A stretch of DNA of 64,000 bases, taken from Lytechinus pictus. Lineage: Eukaryota. Shown one piece after another: positions 13,001 through 26,300 of the stretch (position 1 is the stretch's first letter; each line of letters begins with the position of its first letter). The stretch spans positions 29,202,001-29,266,000 of the forward strand of contig NC_087245.1 in assembly GCF_037042905.1 (NCBI RefSeq), in the 5' to 3' direction. The position numbers and the translations under genes were made by a program. The notes beneath the pieces are model-generated. The model was given only the letters and a program-made list of their open reading frames with translations, ran no database searches and was not told the DNA's origin.

Positions 13001-16000
13001 TATATTTTTTTTCAATTTTCAACAATACATCGTTTTCCAAGTCTCTTGATCATTGCCCATATTGTACATTGTAAGTTTAAGGTATATTATTTTTCTATTC
13101 TTTTGGAATGTGTTTCTGTGAAATATTTTTTCTAAGCACCATTCTGGTTTGAATCACATAAAATCACTCTCGTCTATGCGTTTAGCATCCGTTAGAGGCA
13201 ATGCTTTCCTGTGAAAAAAATACATTGAATTCATATACCGTTCCATCTGTAGTTATTGTTTATCACTTCTACATTATACTTTATCACATTCCATTGTTTT
13301 ACTTAGTTGTGTCTCTTAATTACCTTTAAATATTTTTATTTCTGCAACTAAAAACGCGTTTCAAAAGCATTATTCACCTTTAAAAAAAAATCACATTTAG
13401 TTTCTTCCTTTTCATGTCAATTGCATGTTCTATCGATCTGTCTTATTTCAAATGTATGACTTTCATTCCTAACAAAGAGAGCCAAAGCCTGAACCAAAAC
13501 CGAAACCGGCACCAAAACCTGTTGAAAAACCAGTAAAAGAACCCCCTAAACCGAAGGAAGTCCCAAAACCAAAAGAACCACCCACAGAGAAAGTGCAACC
13601 GGAGCCAAAACAGCGACCACCGAAGGAGCCTCCTCCCCCTCCCCCGAAGAAAGAAGTAACTAAGAAAGTTGAACCGGTCAAGACGGAGCCTCCAAAACCC
13701 ATTGAGAAACCGAAGAAAGTCGAAGAACCTCCTAGGAAGGAGAAACCGGAGAAGGAAAAGCCGAAACCGATCGAAAAGGAGAAACCCAAACCGGTTGAAA
13801 AAGAGAAACCCAAACCGGTCGAAAAGGAGAAACCCAAACCGATAGTAAAGGAGAAACCCAAACCGGTTGTAAAGGAGACAACCAAACCGGTGGTAAAGGA
13901 GCAACCGAAAAAGGAAATCCGACCAGTGTGAGTAAATCGGATGTACCCGAGTTATCCACAACCCACACGCTCGCACCCACTTACGCATTATACGCAACGC
14001 ACTCACACCACCCCTTCACCTATACTACAGATCCTGCAAAACCGAAGCAATATTACTAATTGCTATTATAACCTCCCCTTTGTACGTGCATTTCCTTTTT
14101 AACTTTCGCCATTAGAAAGTCCATTTGCCATCTAATTTTCACATAGTTGTGCTTTATGTGTTTTCATTTTTTTTTGCTGAAGCTTTACAAAAAATTAATG
14201 AAAGATTTATAGCATTTCACAAAAGCGTCGTGCTTTTTAACATCACATCTGCACTGTCACTACTTTGCTCTAATCAAATATTAATCATACCCATGATAAC
14301 GTCGCCCATTTCAATCCATCACTCTCAATCGAAAAAACACCTTATATATCACGCACTTTTTTGTTGTTGCTAACTGCGTTTTGTGTTGATTTTATGTTCA
14401 GTGTGCATGTGTATTCTAAGGTGGAGTAAGTTCAAGAAGATTTAGAATTTGTAAGAAATGACAGTTAAATTTGATGATCGCTCCGACTTGTACAGGTAAT
14501 TATACACTCTGTCTGATATCACCAATATTGTTTGCTAGTTTATCATCCGTCGTTTTATTGACGAACTTTGATATATCTACCTTTCAGCTTTAGAGAATTA
14601 CATTTAGCAACAGCGACATGGCTTCATGCCTGATTTGGATAGCTATGTATATAATATATAAAATATAACATAAAAATTTTCAATAATAATTATAATTACT
14701 AAAGACATGTTTCATGAAAAACAGGATTATGGTAACTTTGCAATATTATGTGTACCAAGTCAATGTAAGTAACCTTGATTGTGATTATTTTTGCTTAATA
14801 GCCTTATTCACATAATATTCATCGCAATGGCTAACTTACCACATTTGTATGTTCTATACATGAAACGGGTTCTAAGATTTGCAAACATAAGAAATGTTTA
14901 AAAGTTTACAAAGCTTGCATGTGGTCGTGGAATTCAAATGCTTGGAAATGATGAGGTGTATGAAGATGAAGACTATATAATATGTGGTATAACTTAAGAA
15001 GTTATACTATTTTCGTTGTTTGTTTGCTTTTCAATGCAAGTAAAGCTTTCCATCATGGTTGGTATTCATAATAAAGAAACAAGCCTGGCTTAACCCTGTA
15101 AATAAGTTTTTTCAAGCTTTCGCGGGTTACCATGTTCAAGCCTAATGATGCTTTATTCTACGATGTATAAAATCCATTGTAGTTTTTGATGAGTTGGTAA
15201 ATAAAATCAATCCATCAACTAACTAACCAAGCAATCAATCAATCGATATAGAAAAATATGAAATTTGAATACTTATGTTGTGATTTGGACCCTCGGCTCC
15301 CCAATTTCATAAAAATATCATAATATCACAATTTAGAAAACGATATTATTTTATGTAAAAAGAAACGATTCATGCCTGCCAATAATGACTTCAATCGTAC
15401 GGTCAAGTGTCGAGATACAGGGGACGGTGAGGGGGGGGGGGTGCTGAATCAGCAGCAGCAGTATTGTACCCCTTTTACTAGGCGCCAGAGTAGCACATTA
15501 TTTCTAGGTTTAAATCCTGACTAAACAAGAATTTGATTGCACACTCTCAATGAATTGAGGGAGGGGGTTCTCCTTCATATTCAACATCCATGACAAATAC
15601 AATGTATTGAATTATAAATATTAATTTAATCCATTTCATATCTATTTATTCATTATATATCTTCCCAATTCATTGCATTTTTTTTTTGTGTTACAACTTT
15701 CACTGCACAATTGTGTTATTTTACTAAACGAATGAGATTGTGATATGCACTTCGAAAAAGTGTGGTCTGATTTCATCTATAGTGCTCACACAACCAATGC
15801 AATGATAATTAATACACGTTTTTGCATAGTAACTGGGGGATGTTGCAGAATTCAGAATGAGTTGCAACCAAACACGATTTTTAAAAATATACACTGCTTA
15901 TAATTTTATCCAATCAGATGCCCGTATTTTGGACTTGGGTTTAATTCTTTGTTAATTGTGTTCAAATGTAATTCCTTCTTCCCACCGCCCCTGGTTCATT

Positions 16001-17227
16001 AAGCACTTATAATCACATCTCCATTTGTGTGATCAATATTAATCTAATCTTGCAAGTGTGAAGTGATCTATAGGCTTCGTAACATAAACAAATACAATCA
16101 ATTATATAATCATGCCTAACCGTTCGTCTATGTAAAGAATGTACACATAATCACAATTGGTTGTAAAATATTGATTGTACCTTTTTTATGTTACCGGGTC
16201 CTAGATCCCGTTTCATAAAGACTTGTTATAATAACAAATTCAAGATTTCTATAACAAATTTACTATCAGCCAATCAAATTGAAGGATTTCAGTAGCCTAT
16301 AACTGTTATTGTAAATTTCTTGTAACAAGTTATATGAAACGGACCCCTGATCTGATTACAGACCAAATCCATAAAAGTATAGATATCTGTTGCATTATTG
16401 GTGACAAATGCCTATCCTGAATCAAATGTACTTGAATTAGAAAAAAATGAATGGATAACGAGAGCGTTGCCATGGTATTCTGTCCTTTTACTAAAATTAT
16501 GTAACAGTATGACATGTTTAAAATTACGAAATACTCGATGAGGTTTTTTTTTAATAAAAATAAATAAGAAGTAAACGTATAGATTGAGTGGACAAAAAAT
16601 CATAAAATTTGTGGCAACAAAAATTGATTCATTATTATAAAGAGACGAGTCTAAAGGACTAAAATATACAATCTTATCATTCTGTTTCTTCAAAATTCAT
16701 TGTACTATTTTGTAATTAAGGAATATGACATTATTATTAATACGTTGGAAATTTCATTTTGTGAGAGCGTTTATTGATGTCTTATTTCATATTTTTATTT
16801 TACAGCAAGAAACAAGAGCCTCCGACGAAACCAGTAGCAGCAGGTGAGCTTTTTACTGAATCCGCTTATATTATTTGGCAAAAATTCTATTTCACATTTG
16901 TCGTGAAGTTGGTATATATCATGTTTAAAAAAATGGCATTTGATATAGTTTTTCACTTTATAGCTCCTAATTATCCAAGTGTGAACATGCACGTAATTCG
17001 GCTATACCACATAAAAATGTATCAAGTAATTTTGATGAATATTCTATTTCGGACATATAATATGAGAGCTTTGTGTCCCGAATATGTTTCTTTTCTTTAC
17101 TTTATTGGCGATTTTTGAGATGTATAGAGATTTGTCATGGTTCGTTCCGTAATAATCATGGGCCTAATGCAAATGATATTGATGTTGCTTCAGCTGCTAC
17201 AACAACACCGCAGCAACGACATCAACG

Positions 17228-17312
<85 letters not shown>

Positions 17313-20300
17313 TTGCTTCTGCTGCAGACATCTGATACTGCCACTACTTCTACTAATGCTAATGATAAATAATTTAATATTCTAACAGCTCCCAGTAATC
17401 GAGCACCGCCTCCCCCACGCAAACCCAGCCCACCTCCACCAAAGGAACCAACACCGCCTCCTCCCAAAGACCCGACCCCGGTACCACCCCCAAGAGACCC
17501 TACGCCGCCGCCTCCACCGAAGCCGAAGAAAGGTATACTGCATGTTTATTTTCAAATATCAATTTAATGAATGTCGAATAGTTTCATGCTTTATGAATTA
17601 TAATCTGAGTTGTTACATTCTTTCATTTATATTATAAATATCTATTAATTTATTATGAGATCTTAAGTTTTCAATCGTTTGTTGATAGTTGTTCTTTTCG
17701 TTTGTCTGTTTCATTTTTGTTCTTCAAGATTTTAATTCCCTTTTATAACGTCAGAAGTAACGGGGATTGCGCGGAACGGGTAGAAAGTGGGGGGGGGGGG
17801 GGGGGGGGCTGACCATGCAAATCTCAATCAGATGGTATTTTTAAGCCCCCCCCCCCCGCTCCGCCTCCAGTTTCGCGGCCCGATTAATTTGAAGTGAAAA
17901 ATCTTAAGGGCGGTCAGTTACATATATCAAACATTACCTAGTTTATCATTTCCCGATATATAAACTATTTCACCGTAAGGTTGAAGAATTCATAAATAAT
18001 GCTTGAATTATGAGTATTTCATGATTGAAACCTCACACACGCATTCAGAAATAAAACCTCCACCCGAGAGAAAGAAACCACAGAAACAGAAAAAGAAAAC
18101 TAAAAACAAGAAACAGGATGGTAAGTAATGTGTATGGTTATCTATCAGGTTTGAAAACTAACGTACAACAATGTAACCATGGTAACGGTTTGTCATCAAT
18201 GCCACTTTCCTAACATTGAAACTCTATGGTGGAATGGTAATAGGTAAAATCATTTTGTGAAACGTTACAAGATAATGACTATGAATAATATTATATATTA
18301 TTGATTTTGTTGCTATCGTTTACTTACAAAATGATTAAATCAGAAATACATAAAACATCCAGAACGCTACACTTTAACTTTGCTTAAAGGTCAATAAGGA
18401 CCAACTTGACTGACTCATATAGTATTAAAAAATGCTCATTCCACATGTTCAGGGAGGAATTTATCGTTGTTTCACTTGACAATGAGGAGAAAAATATAAT
18501 ATTCCACATTTCTTATAATAAAATACAAAAGAAATAGTGAGTGAGGGACATCATCGACTGTCTCATTTGAGTTGTGCATATCACTGTTTTGTGAAAAATA
18601 AGCAAAACTTTAAAATGTCATAACTTTCTTATTTTACATCCGATTTTGATGAAATTTTCAGCGTTTTGCTAGTTTGATTTTTCTCTATTTATTCAGATCA
18701 ACATTTTTCTGGGGTGGACTTGACCTTTAAATGGTTCACATATGGCCGATTCAATAATGCAGAAAGGATATTTTTACTCATCGAATGATTAACAATTTTA
18801 TCCACTCATAACTTTAACATTACGTTTGCCGGTAACATTATTTTGAGGTTTTACTTTGAGGTTTTTCGAAAGCTTGTGTAATATTTTTTCTTGGTAGCTT
18901 AGGTAATACTCCAGAATGTTCTGAAATGTCTGTTGAATAATACATTAGTTGTAAAATATAGACTTTTGTGTCATTCTAAATGTTAATATATGGTCAAGTT
19001 TGTGTAGTGTGCTTTGTGCATGTCATTTTAAGATTACTAAATAAAACTAATTTAGAAATAGTACTAACGCATGTTTATCCCTCAGTACGGTAAATAATTA
19101 CATTAGAAATCGATTCACTTTCGTTTGAAAAATATATTAAATTCATTATTCTTTTCAAATCATTTGAGAGAGTATAGTTTGGGGGATTACCTGTTCTGCA
19201 GTATGGATCCTACCCATATCTAGATTATTATGATAATGCACTTCAAAACTCCGGAAGCAGTGTTGTTTTCTAAAAATACTTGTAGACGAACACCATAATT
19301 ATTTAGCAATGGTACACAAATTTTCAGATTTTCCTCATTATCTTTCAAATTGCATCTTGCTTCCTTCTGAGCACAACACATGTCATGGGAAAATATAATT
19401 CACACCACATATGTCAAGGTCAGGAGGAGATAATGTGAAATACGTAGAATAAAGGGGAAAATCTGAAAATTTGTGTACAAAACAAATAGAGAGTTGTCCA
19501 CAAAATCAGCCGTTTTGAAGCACGTTTGCCAATTTGAGGATCCCCATAGAAAGTACAACAAGACTTTTTAAACGTCCATAACTTGCTTATTTCATAACCG
19601 ATTTTGATGAAACTTCATTTTACTCTTTCCAATAAGATTGCTTCTCTTCTTGGGTTTTGGTTTCCTTTAAGTTTCCTCTTACATAATTATTTATCCCCAC
19701 GTTGATTAGTAAGGGGGGACTCGAGTCTAGGGTGCCAAGCGATTATCCCCAATATCCCCCTATTTTCAACATCAACCCAACAACCTTATCTTCTTTCTTT
19801 CCAGCCAAATCATCCAAGGAATATGTCAAGATACCCATTATTCCATATAAGTCACCAGGTAATTTAAATTAAAGTAAATTGAAATAAAAAATCAATAAGG
19901 AATATAATGTGTTTAAGACCTTTTGTTCTATATTTACCATATAAAGTTTTATTAGTTTTATTAGAATATATTAATACATGCAGTAGTTTTGGAAGTGATT
20001 AGTCTACTTAGTTGGTGCAAATACTGTTTGCTTTAGTATGTTATAGATAACAATTATAAATTTGTCTACTTTCATGACTATTATGTATTTGTGTTTACAA
20101 TAACTAGAGTATTACAACAATATCTTAACTGTAGTATGAAATCGTATTTCATAGATTTGATGTAATTCTTTATACGGTGATAAGAAATGCATATCGCATC
20201 GTATCGAGCTATAAAATTATTTCTAAAGATATGTTTTTGTTACTTTTAATGGCCTTTTATACAACAATTTTTTTATTAAAGAAATTCATCATTCTAAATA

Positions 20301-23300
20301 TCAAAAGAGGAGCAACGGATAAGAACTAAAGAACAAAAAAATCGTTTGATTTGTTTGTCTCTGAATCAATTCACCTCGTACAATACTCCTAAACATTTTG
20401 ATAATATTTGATTTATAGAAAAAGATCGGACACCTCCACCGAAACAAGAGCTCCCTCCATCTCCCCCCGAAGAACCTGTACAGAAAGTTATCCCCGCCCC
20501 TGAGCCGGAGCCAGTGAAACCCGTCTCACTTCCAACCAAGGAAAAAGGTACGTCCTAAAATTGCTGCGGTCACACAGGTGGTGCCGACTCCAGACCGATC
20601 AAAGCTATTACGTTATATCCAATGGCTTATCATCGGTCGGTTTAGAGTCGGTTTCGTTGGTGTGACGGAAGTGTTACTTATAGAAACCATGGTCCCATAG
20701 ACCTACTCCTTCTACTTTCCTCTGACACACATTCTAATAACTGCAGAATTTGCACTGATCTTCATTTCCGTATTAACTAAGATATGTATATTTGAGTTGC
20801 AAATAAACTTGGATTGTTATTCGATCACCTAGCGTAACGATAAATACATGCATACTTACTGACATTTTGGTAAATCCCCCTTCATTTTATCAAATTCAAG
20901 AAGGGGGAGAGAAAGAAATAAAGTGGGAATGGGACACAGATTAAAGAATTCTAGATAGATTACAAATCCGATTATTCTCAGCTCAATTGAAACGAGCTCG
21001 TCCACCATAAAATCCAAAGAAACGTCATATCTTAGTGTTAAATGGCACGGCAGAGCGAGCATGCAGTAATGCTTGATTGATTAAATCCACGATGGACTAG
21101 AAAATTCAATGATAATAATTGGATCGATTGAAAGAAAGTCCAAAGACATAAGGGCGATGGCCGTCCTGCTAATTTCGAATTTATTTGACCCACGTTGAGC
21201 TAATAACGTAGTTACGTGTATTCGCATTATTAATATCATACTATAAAAACGTTTACTAGTCCATAGCGGCTTCAAAGTTTAACATTGAAGTGTGCCTTTG
21301 ACTATACAGTATATCTTCCCAGAATAATAGTATACGGTTGTATGGATTCCCGTTGTGGGCTTGTGGCATAGGGATTAAGATCAGAGCTTTTCTGCAAATC
21401 TTATCCAGCTGCTTAGAAGTCTAATAAGTGTGATGAACTACCGATTTGCAATGTCGATGGAATCATAATGTACGTCTGGATTGTATTGCGTGTATAGTAT
21501 CTGAAAAAGCGGTGTTATCACGAACATAATTGCCCTCTTGATCAAGTCACTAATTCATATATTTCTGTTGAATATTCGTGAATTAAACGTGATCAACATG
21601 ATAGTATATTAGTGATGTTATCAACCTTGATTTTGCCATCGCACTTAAAAGGCCCACTGCATTCAATGTCCATCTTATAGCCACTGTGATTTGTAATGGC
21701 GATTATTAGCAGCCTAGAATGGTTAAAAAGAGCCAATTGTTCGGTGGATAAGGAAGTGGTAATCGAAATCCTTACAAAAAGACGACAAGCGTAGGCCTTC
21801 TTGGTGTAAGGCTTTGAACTTTGGTATTTACAACTAAACTCACCTCGGACACTTTTGCATATCAACATGATCAAAGGACTTCAAAGAACAACTTTGTGGT
21901 GATTCTTAACACGACTGTCTTCGGCATTGCGTCTCTGATTTTTATCTTCTTCTTTGGTCCTGGTGCAAATTAGGGCTATTTGGGGAATGGTTCAGCTAAA
22001 ATGAAGAGAGGAAGAAGAGGGATAAGGCTTCGCATCATCACGAAGGGCAATTCCGTATAGATAACGCAGGCCTATCATCAATCCACCTGTAATCGTTGAA
22101 GTGTAATATTTTTTACCGTTTTTGTTTTCATTTTTATTATTATTCTCTAATTGTGCAGAGTCTAAGCCGAAGGTTAATCCTCCTAAGAAGAACCGACGAG
22201 CGAAGCTTCCTAAGCGGGTGAGGAAAGAAGTCAAACCCCTTGGAGTGGCAGCGCCTATGCCAGTCAGGGTGAGTAAACATAATGCTTCACTACATGATAT
22301 TATTTCACTCCAAATATTATGATTTATTAAGAAATACTCGAAACTATTAGGTGATGATTTAAAGGCGAATAATGTATTCATGACGAAGCTTGTAAGCACA
22401 TAATTTCGTTTTACGCTGGATCTTCATTTTATTTAACATTAATGATTTTAATGTGGTACATACATGTATAATTATAGCGCTTAATAATCATTTTCTCTCT
22501 GCGCGTCACAAATAAAATGTAGTTACATAAGACACTGAACGAATTATTACATTACATTACATTCTACTCATCACTTGAATCGACATTACACTTTATCACA
22601 ATATGAATTATAATGAATAAAATAATTTTTTCTGTGAAATTCCTACTTTCTAAATATGAAATTAATAAATCTTTGGAAGGTCGTCCGTTCGTAAAATGAC
22701 CCTAATAATTCGAAAGAATCGTTTGTTGGTTGACTTAAACTGTCAAATATTATAACGTGTAATTGATACAAGTTTTGACAAATAAATCAAATGCAGGATT
22801 ACTCAATTTACTAGAGATTAGTTGAATTAGTTAATGCTCAACTGTTTTATTCAACCAGCCACCGCCATCGGATCATTGGGAAATGCCCGACACTGGGCCA
22901 CGGGTTGCGGACATTTCTGTGCCTGCGTTCCCAGTGCCTGCCCCCGTAGAACCACAACTCCCACCTCTTCCTGAGATTCCTGTCCCTCAACCAGCCCCGA
23001 AGCCAGTCGAGGAACCCGTTCCTGAGCCCCGGAAACGACCTATGCCCCTGCCACAGAAACCCGAGCCAATCATGTGGAGGAGACGACCTGAATATAAGTA
23101 ATGATCATTTCTTTCTCGCACTTTGGAAACGATTAGTTCCTACTCAAACTCCTTTATGTCATGCCTGTATTCGATTCCTCCATTTGAAATATCAAAAAGT
23201 GTCATCATGATATCATGCAGGCTTGCTTCTAAAATATTCCACTCAAGTTGTTTTAAATCTTATTGACATACATAGCTATCCTGTTTTATCCGTAGGAATT

Positions 23301-26300
23301 TATTTATCATTGAATAATTCAATGTTTTGAAAATAAACTTAACATCTGTAATACCATATTGATGAAACCATTAAAGAAAATGGCATATAGCCCATCATGG
23401 AGAGACAATGGATTCAGGAGGGTTTATAGGATCGAGCCTAATATGGTATTTTAGATTCTCCAACTCATGTATTCCCTCCATCCCCCCCCCCACTACACAG
23501 ACCTAAGAAGAAGAAATGGAGGAAGGTTGAAGCCGGTAGCCCCCCTAGCAGCCCGGACCCAGCCGTGAGGGATCCACTCGACTATCTTGCCAAGTACTGC
23601 ATTGTCCAGTAAGTTCATTATTTGTCTTGTCTTCAATTAAGTACCTGACCTAGCACCAAAACGAACCAATGAAAAGGTGCACTTGTAAAAAGACAGAACG
23701 TAAGCACATAAATGTTACCAGGAAGAACATAATTTTCAAATAAGACTAAAAATATAAAAGTTTGTAAGGTTATGATCTTAGTCGTAAATATTTTTCAGAC
23801 TTTCTGTCTTACTATAATATCACTCTAAAAATGTTCTTCTGGACAGTGATACCAACAACCAGAATGTATTTTTACCATTTCTATACCCACGTTCTTTTAT
23901 AAATTCTACATTAATGACTATATATATGAATGGCGTATGAGCCATTACTTTTAAAATTAATTTTAAAATGAGACAACGTAATCATGGTAACAGGTCTATA
24001 CGGAAAAACGCATACTTCATTTTCGTGTGATATTTTTCATCCTTTCAGCAAAGAACGTGTGCCACATTACCAGCGCGTCTTCAACACCCAACTCCGGAGT
24101 ACGGGGATCAGCGTTGAAGATCGTACGTTAAGGCAATGGATGAACACGGCGTCTTCGGACAGGGCAGCGGGTGACCACGACATCGACGACCAGTCGGAGA
24201 CGGGATCGATGACCACGGAGCAGTCATCTGGATACGGAAGTGCAATAGTGAGGCCAGGCGAGGTCAATCTCGGGTTCAAGAGTGACTTGGAAGAGTTTAG
24301 TGCTACCTTTAAGACCACACCCATGGAGGTCAATGAAGACGACTATGTTAGTCCGATGAAACTGGACGATGTCGAAGGTGGAGGCGGTAAAGGCGATGTC
24401 AAAGATGACGATGTTGACAGCGGCAGAGCTGACAGCGCCTCAAGCGACGACCCACAGAGAATGTTGAAAGCAAAGATTGCATCTTATGGAATCAATGACA
24501 AAGTATGTTCATTTCATCAAAGAATTTAATGCAGACATAATTATATCCATTCTAACGATCGAATGCTCAAGGCGCCTAACAATTCAACATAAACAGTAAA
24601 GTAGAATAAAGAAAGAACATTATAATGAAATTCATAGGAAAAAGTTAACTAAAATAAAAGGGAATATTATGAGACATGGGATAAGAATGCAAAAGTATAA
24701 ACAAATACTATATTCACATCTACAATCGCTATCGTCAGGAACCAGAAAAGAAAGTCAATAAAATATTTGTTCTCGTTTAACTCTGAATAGTGTCATATGA
24801 AATGTGAAATATAATAATCTATTCATTTATTATTACCTTGGTGGCCATATTTTATTGATTGCCATTTATAATTTCAATGCCATCTGATCAGTCTTATTGA
24901 ACACTGAAAATAATTCATACTCAATACTGAATAACCATTCTCCGTTTTCCCCTTTTTTAGTTTGACGTCGAAGAAAAACTGGATAGGAGCCGCTTTATGC
25001 TAGAGAGACAAGAACAGAAAGTAGCCACTTTGAAGGAGAAAGTTTCGTACTTAGAAAGTAAGTTGACCAACCAAGATGGAAAATATCTCCAAGTGTTGAT
25101 AACTGTAACGTATACACTACTCAGGAAAATGTAAATCATCGCCATATTTGTTTCAAGACGAATAAACTGAAAGCCGTGATGTACCTTGTGGCGACAGAAG
25201 GGACCGTTTTCCATCGTTATATTCTGAACATTCCGTATATCTCTCCAAAAGGCTTTTATATATACTGTATATATTTAATGAACTCATTGCCCAACTTTCT
25301 AAACTCATTTGTATTTAATCCAATTGTTTCATATAAATTATAAAAGCATATATGGATACCTTTGTTATATTTTATGCGTTATTAAAGAACTGTAAACTAT
25401 TATAATAATTATTATATTATCTTCTGTGAAAAGTTTAATTTTTCCTTATTACGACGGTATTGGTAACCATTCATGCCCTCATTTATCGATTCTGTTACAG
25501 CTTCTCGGAACAAGGCGATCGCGGATATTGCAAGAAACGAGTTCCTTGAGATCTTCCGCTTTGACTGGGACCCAGATGCTGCAGCAGCAGCCGAGGCAAA
25601 GAAGAAGAAGGATAAAAAGTCAAAGAAGAAAAAGAAAGACAAAGGTGTGAAAAATTACAGATGTACATGTTTATTTGAAGTTGATTTCAGAGTTATTTAT
25701 CTCCCTTCCTTAATCGACAGGAACACTGCATGTCTCTTTTCAGTTCAAATGCATTTTATGTTTTTTTTTCAATTCCTTTCTAAATTCTAAGACAATCTCT
25801 AAATGAAAAGAAAATGGGTATTTGCCTCTCGAACATAATGTTTGTTATAATGAAGGAAAATATAATCTGCATCATCTTACTTGCTGAAATCATATACAAT
25901 TAAACAAATTGATTGTTGATGCCTTCTGAATGGGTTTCTGTGAGGGTCTGCATGCCTCTTGGCAACAGTATTGAAATTTACTATGTGATCCCTGACCCAT
26001 GGATAATTATGTTTACTCCCTTCACTTTCTTTCATTTTTAAAAACTTATTTGGATTCAATTAGTGAATTCATTGTATTTTTGGATTGTACGATATATCTG
26101 TTTGTATGGCCGAAAAGTAATGATAAAGTTCTCCATAATGAAAGGTTTCTTTTTTGTTTTGTTTTTCAACAGAATCCAAGACATCGGGACCAAAAAGTGT
26201 GATAATTGGCCATGCAGACACATCGTCAGCTTCACCACCACTGTCATCTTCATCGTCTACCAAACCAATAGAAACAGAAACAACGAAAATTGGCAGTTTG

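Noticed and set aside
12191-14006. Minus-strand Gly/Phe-rich ORFs
   Set aside because: Antisense shadows of the Pro/Lys-rich + strand exons.
17073-17385. Poly-Leu / poly-Tyr-Cys ORFs
   Set aside because: Artefacts of an intronic trinucleotide microsatellite.
12202-23097. Calling gene 1 titin
   Set aside because: Only compositional similarity; no Ig, Fn3 or kinase domains in the reconstructed protein.
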